Of a stretch of 22,592 nucleotides of DNA, positions 17,947 through 22,592 are shown piece after piece. This DNA comes from Candidatus Tectimicrobiota bacterium. GTDB taxonomy: Bacteria; JACPUC01. A program made the position numbers and the translations under genes. Position 1 is the first letter of the stretch; every line of letters starts with the position of its first letter. A model generated the notes under the pieces. That model was not told the DNA's origin, did not search any database, and worked only from the letters and a program-made list of their open reading frames with translations. The stretch lies in the NCBI GenBank assembly GCA_016192455.1, contig JACPUC010000018.1, forward strand, positions 62,001 to 84,592. The letters are read 5' to 3'.

Positions 17947-18028
17947 TCCATGATGGCGGCGCGCCAGGCGCGCTGCCGGGTTCAGGTGGCGGCGCGGAAC
18001 GTCAGGCAGGCGCTTCTGCGACAGGATG

Positions 18029-18065
18029 GTCAAGTCTTGACGGCGTCGCATCATGTTCATATTGT
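18029..18065 (+). promoter_or_regulatory. Putative sigma70 promoter of the OYE gene, with an overlapping palindrome
   Basis: TTGACG(18037-18042)-17 nt-TATTGT(18060-18065). The perfect inverted repeat GTCAAG-T-CTTGAC (18029-18041) overlaps the -35. Confidence 0.55.
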
Positions 18066-18290
18066 CTTTGATAAGCTCAATGCCCGATCCTGGGATAAGG
18101 CATGGGGGCCGCCGCGTGCACGCGTCGGCAGGAACTTCGACCGCGTGGCGGCCTGTGTCACCGCCTGAGCCGCGCGGCTCAGCGCCGCGCCGGCAGCCGG
18201 TGGCGCGATGGTCCGGTGGATCGCAGCGGCGGCGCTGTCCGGGGCGCCGGAACAGAGCATGCGGCCCCTCTGCGTGGAGACGAGACGCCA

Positions 18291-19733
18291 ATGAAACTCA
18301 TGGAACCGCTGCGGATCAATAGCACGACGATTCATTGCCGGGTGCTCGTGCCCGCCATGGTGACGCGGTTATCGGGCGAGGATGGCTACGTGAACCAGGC
18401 AATTCGGGACCGCTACGTGCGCTACGCCATGGGCGAGGTTGGTCTTCTCGTCGTCGAAGCCATGGCCATCCACGGCAACAAGAGCGGGCCGCTCTTGCGC
18501 ATCAGCGAGGACCGCTTCATCCCCGGCCTGCGCGACATGGTGCGCGAGGTGCACGAGGCCAGCGACACCAAGATCGTGCCGCAGATCATCCATTTCCTGA
18601 AAATCTCCCGGCGCGGCTGGCGCCAGAAGGTGGAGGACCTCAGCCGGGAGGAGATCAAACTCATCGTCGAGCAGTTCGGCAACGCCGCCTACCGCGCCCG
18701 CCAGGCGGAGTTCGATGGCGTCGAGCTGCACATGGCGCACGCCTACACCATGTCCTCCTTCCTCTCCATGCGCAACAAGCGCAAGGATGAGTACGGCGGC
18801 AAAACCCTCGAGGATCGCATGCGCGCCATGGGTGAGGTGATCACGCGGGTGCGGCAGGCGGTGGGGGATGACTTCGCGGTCGGCGTGCGCTTCGACGCCG
18901 AAGAGGGCATCAAGAAGGGCTATACCCTGAACGACTCGCGCGAGTTCGCCCTGCGCATGGCGCAGCTCGGGGCTGATTATATCAGCCTGTCGGCGGGGGG
19001 CAAGTTCGAGGATGCCATCATCCGGCCCGGCCACATCGTCTACCCTTACACCGGCTACAGCGGTGACAAATGCATGCCCGGCGATTACTACCCCGACGGC
19101 ACGAACCTCTACCTCGCCGAGGGGATCAAACGCTACCTCGTCGAGCGCGGCTACCAGACGCCGCTCGTGTGCGCCGGCAAAATCTCGCACGCGGAGCATG
19201 CCGAAGAAATCCTGCAGAAAGGCTGGGCGGATATCATCGGCATGGCGCGCGCCAACCTGGCAGACGCCGACTGGGCGAAGAAAGTCAGGGAAGGGCGCGA
19301 GAAGGAAATCATCCGCTGCATCTACTGCAACGTCTGCAAGAACCTCGATGAAACCCACAACGAGGTCATCTGCTACCTCTGGCCCAAGGGGACGTTGCAC
19401 GCCCCCCTGTGGAAGCCGGGGGGCAACCCGGTGTGGCCCACCGACGGCAAGCTGACCGCGGCGGTCACCCCCTCCGAGATCAAACTGAGTTGGGAGGAGG
19501 CAAGCCATGCCGACGGCGTCTGCGGCTACGACCTCTTCCGCCGCGAAGGGGATGGCCAGTACGAGTGGTTCACGGCGACGACGCGCACCAATTACCGCGA
19601 CCAGCTCGCCATCGCCGGGCGCGCGTACAAGTACTACGTCCAGGCCTATACCGAGGCGGGGATGCGCTCCACCCCCACGGAGGTGGTGGAGGCGACCATT
19701 CCCTTCCCTGACTATGCCACGGCTTCAGCCTAG
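18291..19733 (+). CDS. NADH:flavin oxidoreductase (Old Yellow Enzyme family) with Fe-S motif and C-terminal fibronectin type III-like domain
   Basis: ATG 18291 after GGAG. KLMEPLRIN..RVLVPAM, FDGVELHMAHAY, NKRKDEYGG, GADYISLSAG and ADIIGMARANLADADW; CIYCNVC-x11-C; then LTA..EIKLSWEEAS..VCGYDLFR..NYRD..GRAYKYYVQAYTEAGMRS. Confidence 0.9.
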   Translation: MKLMEPLRINSTTIHCRVLVPAMVTRLSGEDGYVNQAIRDRYVRYAMGEVGLLVVEAMAIHGNKSGPLLRISEDRFIPGLRDMVREVHEASDTKIVPQIIHFLKISRRGWRQKVEDLSREEIKLIVEQFGNAAYRARQAEFDGVELHMAHAYTMSSFLSMRNKRKDEYGGKTLEDRMRAMGEVITRVRQAVGDDFAVGVRFDAEEGIKKGYTLNDSREFALRMAQLGADYISLSAGGKFEDAIIRPGHIVYPYTGYSGDKCMPGDYYPDGTNLYLAEGIKRYLVERGYQTPLVCAGKISHAEHAEEILQKGWADIIGMARANLADADWAKKVREGREKEIIRCIYCNVCKNLDETHNEVICYLWPKGTLHAPLWKPGGNPVWPTDGKLTAAVTPSEIKLSWEEASHADGVCGYDLFRREGDGQYEWFTATTRTNYRDQLAIAGRAYKYYVQAYTEAGMRSTPTEVVEATIPFPDYATASA

Positions 19734-19821
19734 GGCAGTTCCCCCTGGGCCTTCGGCCCACCCGCAAGGTCATGAAAATAAGCGGACACTTCTTTCTCAG
19801 CAGGCTTTCATGCCATCGACC

Positions 19822-19849
19822 GTAGGGGCGGTTCGCGAACCGCCCCTAC
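19822..19849. repeat. Perfect 28-bp GTAG-type REP-like palindrome
   Basis: GTAGGGGCGGTTCGCGAACCGCCCCTAC is its own reverse complement and starts with the GTAG tetranucleotide. Confidence 0.75.
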
Positions 19850-19860
19850 CATCGGCATGC

Positions 19861-19980
19861 AAGAAACCGTGGAGGAAGGCGGATCTCGGTGTGCATCCGC
19901 GTCCATCGGTGGTTTCTTCCCCTACCTTCTCCGCGTCCTCTGCGTCTCCGCTGAACCGCAGAGGTGCAGAGAGCGCAGAG
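19861..19980. repeat. Two imperfect inverted repeats made of short periodic units
   Basis: AAGAAACC(19861-19868) pairs with GGTTTCTT(19911-19918) around TCGGTGTGCATCCGCGTCCATCGGT. CTCCGCGTCCTCTGCGTCTCCGC(19929-19951) pairs with GCAGAGGTGCAGAGAGCGCAGAG(19958-19980) at 17/23 Watson-Crick plus 3 G-U positions. Confidence 0.6.
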
Positions 19981-20429
19981 GTGAAGGAAACTGGCCGCAC
20001 CACCGTCAGCCTCACCATCACGTCAAATCAACCACGTAGAAGCTTATTTGCGAAGCAGTCCACGCAAACAAGATCGGTTACCATGCCATTACAGGAATGT
20101 TTGCCGCGTGAAGACCAGGAAAGGTCTCGCCAACACTCTCATCAGGCGCAAGGTCCTCACAAGGGAATGCTCATGAAACTTATGACGCCGTGAGGCTAGA
20201 GAGAAAGACTCCCGCGTCAGGGGGAGAGGTTGCCGAGACGCCTCGTTGCGGTACGTTTCTCATCTTCGCGCCCTGCTTATTCAGCGCCTGGTTGATGCTG
20301 CACCTCCAGGGTTGCCGCCGCCGCGCCAGCCCGTGTTCGCGGAAAAGGGGAGCATGCGTTCCGGCCGGCGGGCGCACAACTCCTGGTTGACCTACGTTGT
20401 TCCGGCTGCCGCGATCAGGGGCCCCCGCC

Positions 20430-20458
20430 TTGATGACGGCGGCATTCCATGCTACGGT
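20430..20458 (+). promoter_or_regulatory. Putative sigma70-like promoter of the hypothetical gene
   Basis: TTGATG(20430-20435)-17 nt-TACGGT(20453-20458) with a TGc extended -10. Confidence 0.4.
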
Positions 20459-20542
20459 TTGCCGGCGTTGCGGACTCCTGAACCTTGCCCTGCCCGCGCG
20501 AGCGGGCTTCGCCACTTCACGACTCGAGATGAAGAGGGCAAC

Positions 20543-20971
20543 ATGAGCAGCAGCCACGAGCAGAAGCCGCGCACACCTCTTGCCGAGCAGTTCTCATGGC
20601 GCACGTTGACCTACGAGGAGCACCTGTTCCTCAAAGTCAGCCTGGTGATGAGCGCGCGGGAGAGTCTCCTGGTGGAGAGTCTCGTCCTTCGTACCATGCG
20701 CGGCGACCAGCTTGTCGATGAGTTTCGCTGCGATGTTGAGCGTGGTCCCTATGGCCTGTTTGGCTTCCTTCCCGCCGGCCAGCAGTTCGCCTTCACGAAC
20801 ATTGCCATGGATGCCCGCGGCGCCGATCGCGTCGTCGGGACGTATCGCTTCCACCGTCTCGCGCCGGGGGAAGACCTTGGGCTACTCTCGGTGCAGGACC
20901 TGAAGCGGCGCGCCGAGGGCCTTGCGTCGCCGGAGGTGATGAGCTGCGAGCATCGCCTTGAGATCAGGTGA
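20543..20971 (+). CDS. Hypothetical protein (142 aa), family not recognised
   Basis: GAAGAGGG RBS before ATG 20543. The translation has a protein-like composition (FSWRTLTYEEHLFLKVSLVM...GPYGLFGFLPAGQQFAFTNIAM), unlike the Arg/Pro-rich shadow ORFs. A candidate promoter lies upstream. Confidence 0.65.
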   Translation: MSSSHEQKPRTPLAEQFSWRTLTYEEHLFLKVSLVMSARESLLVESLVLRTMRGDQLVDEFRCDVERGPYGLFGFLPAGQQFAFTNIAMDARGADRVVGTYRFHRLAPGEDLGLLSVQDLKRRAEGLASPEVMSCEHRLEIR

Positions 20972-21253
20972 GGACACCTCGGGCCACCGGCGCGGCAGGC
21001 TGCCCGGGCGGCGTCCCGCGCCTGTTGAGCGAGCGGGCGTTTGACCGCACGTTCGCCGTCCCTTACCCTGGCAGCCAGCCAAAGGTGCGCCGGCGGCCGG
21101 GACTCATTGTCGGGACTTGTTCCAGGAACGCGTGCCGAACCGCCTGGGTGACTGGAGGCGCACGGTTGTCCGGGCAGCCTGCAAGAGTCGAACCCTGGCC
21201 CAGGATGAAGCACCTGCGGGCGACTGCCGGGATGACTGCGGAAGGAGGAGGCG

Positions 21254-21757
21254 ATGACTGAAGGAGAAGCCGCGACACAGCTCCTTGCCGGAATGAAGCA
21301 GGCTGGAATCAACTTCGTGACGACGCTGCCGGATATCAACCTCCTTGCCCTCATCACGCTCCTGGAGCAGGACCAGGAGATCACCCACGTGCCGCTCTGC
21401 CGCGAGGAGGAGGGCATCGGCATCTGCGCCGGCGCCTTCCTGGTCGGCAAGCGCGTTGCCATCATCATGCAGAACGGCGGCCTGCTGAATAGCTGCAACG
21501 GCATCGCCACCACCGCCCTGCAGTTTGAGATTCCCATGGTCCTGATGATCTACTACGCCGGCGACGCCGGAGACCGCGGCTTCGCAACCGTAGGCGCGCT
21601 GACCGAACCGGTGCTGCGCGGGCTTGGTCTGCGCACCTACATCCTGCGCGAGCCTGAGAAGATCGTCTGGACGTTGAAGGGGGCGCTGACTCTGGCCGAG
21701 GATTCCAGGCGCCCGGTGGCGGTGCTCTTGACGAAGGATGTCCTCGGACGGCGCTAG
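21254..21757 (+). CDS. comD: ThDP-dependent decarboxylase alpha subunit (sulfopyruvate decarboxylase ComD-like, Pyr domain)
   Basis: AGGAGGAGG RBS; GINFVTTLPD, CREEEGIGICAGAFL and MQNGGLLNSCN. Substrate (sulfo- or phosphonopyruvate) is not established. Confidence 0.75.
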   Translation: MTEGEAATQLLAGMKQAGINFVTTLPDINLLALITLLEQDQEITHVPLCREEEGIGICAGAFLVGKRVAIIMQNGGLLNSCNGIATTALQFEIPMVLMIYYAGDAGDRGFATVGALTEPVLRGLGLRTYILREPEKIVWTLKGALTLAEDSRRPVAVLLTKDVLGRR

Positions 21758-21820
21758 CAGGGTGCACGGCGGGCGGCGGCGCCGCCGGCGTGCCGGGCGT
21801 GCCTCCCGCGAGAGGGAACG

Positions 21821-22456
21821 ATGATGAGACGCTGGGAATGTTTGAAGGCGATTGCCGCTGATGTGGGTGATGCGCTCGTGGTCACCAGCGCCGGAGCGAA
21901 CACGTTCGAGTGGAACACGTTTCGTCCGAGCGACGGCAACCTGCAGGTGAAAACGCTGGGGCTCACCTGCTCGATTGGCTTGGGCCTCGCCCTCGGCCTG
22001 CCCCAGCGCACGGTCATCGCCCTGGATGGCGACGGCTCCTTGCTGATGAACCTTTGCGGCCTACCGACGATTGCGCGCATGAAGCCCGGCAACTTCCTCC
22101 ACATCGTCTTCGATAACGAGTGCTACGAGTCCTCCGGCGCAACCGCGACCGCCACGAGCGCCGGGGCGGACCTGGTGACGTGCGCCCAGGGCGCCGGCTA
22201 TCCGAGGGCCGTCTGGGCCCAGAGCGTGGAGGATTTCCACGCCCAGGTCATGCAGGCCATCGAGAGCCGGACGCTGACCTTCCTCGGCGCCAAAGTCACG
22301 CTCGAGCGCTGTATGGTGAAGCCCCTCGAAGTCGATGAGGTGGAGAACAAATATCGCTTCATGCGCTTCGTCGAGCGCACCACGGGGAAGAAACTCATCG
22401 TGCACGGGTTGCCAGCCAGCTACCAGAAGCTTGCTGGTCAACCGATCCCCACCTAG
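21821..22456 (+). CDS. comE: ThDP-dependent decarboxylase beta subunit (ComE-like, PP domain)
   Basis: MMRRWECL, LGLTCSIGLGLAL and the ThDP motif DGDGSLLMN...FDNECYESSG; follows the alpha subunit. Confidence 0.75.
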   Translation: MMRRWECLKAIAADVGDALVVTSAGANTFEWNTFRPSDGNLQVKTLGLTCSIGLGLALGLPQRTVIALDGDGSLLMNLCGLPTIARMKPGNFLHIVFDNECYESSGATATATSAGADLVTCAQGAGYPRAVWAQSVEDFHAQVMQAIESRTLTFLGAKVTLERCMVKPLEVDEVENKYRFMRFVERTTGKKLIVHGLPASYQKLAGQPIPT

Positions 22457-22592
22457 TACTTAGTTGCGTTATTTCTTGTTACATGCTATGATGGGGGCAT
22501 GAACACCTCATCCGTCCCCATTACGTTGAGTCAGGAGGAGCGACAGACCCTGGAGCGCTGGCGCCGCACCCCGACGACCGAGCAGCGCCGGG
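22454..22592 (+). mobile_element. Left end of an IS630-family insertion sequence (truncated by the window end)
   Basis: Abrupt AT-rich segment TAGTACTTAGTTGCGTTATTTCTT starting at a CTAG site, followed about 45 nt later by a transposase-like ORF. Confidence 0.7.
22499..22592 (+). CDS. IS630-family transposase N-terminus (partial)
   Basis: Manual translation MNTSSVPITLSQEERQTLERWRRTPTTEQRR. The I-x-L-S-x-E-E-R-x-x-L-E-x-W pattern is typical of IS630 transposase N-termini. Only 31 codons are visible. Confidence 0.7.
   Translation, partial: MNTSSVPITLSQEERQTLERWRRTPTTEQRR

Noticed and set aside
17947-18291. N-terminal extensions of the LivJ-like ORF (to 18291) and the OYE ORF (from 18102)
   Set aside because: They overlap each other and the promoter region and have low-complexity translations. 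Better starts exist near the signal peptide and at ATG 18291.
19731-19998. CRISPR array or tRNA interpretation of the repeat cluster
   Set aside because: No regularly spaced direct repeats with unique spacers, no cas genes, and no tRNA cloverleaf or T-loop motif. No rRNA or tRNA was seen anywhere in the window.
19507-20193. 228-aa ORF spanning the repeat cluster
   Set aside because: It overlaps the OYE gene out of frame and reads through palindromic repeats; the translation is not protein-like.

Overview
GC-rich bacterial chromosomal window that is gene-dense and mostly metabolic. Left to right it holds: a window-truncated class-V (alanine-glyoxylate-type) aminotransferase, hemW, an orphan NMT1/SsuA-like substrate-binding protein, an LLM-class oxidoreductase, a universal stress protein, a degenerate GNAT, a DUF456-like membrane protein, a tandem DUF507-like pair, a class-V PLP lyase-like enzyme, a PaaG-like crotonase and phoU. 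Next is a complete LysW amino-group-carrier operon, lysW-lysX-lysY-lysZ-lysJ-lysK; lysW is 54 aa and missing from the ORF track. It is followed by an orphan LivJ-like binding protein, an Old-Yellow-Enzyme/Fe-S flavoprotein with an apparent C-terminal fibronectin type III domain, a cluster of stacked palindromic repeats, a hypothetical gene, a split ThDP decarboxylase (ComD/ComE-like) and the left end of an IS630-like element at the window edge. The most unusual items are the OYE-FN3 fusion and a stand-alone LysW module in a gene context that does not look like Thermus or archaea. All family calls come from motif recognition by eye; no database searches were run.
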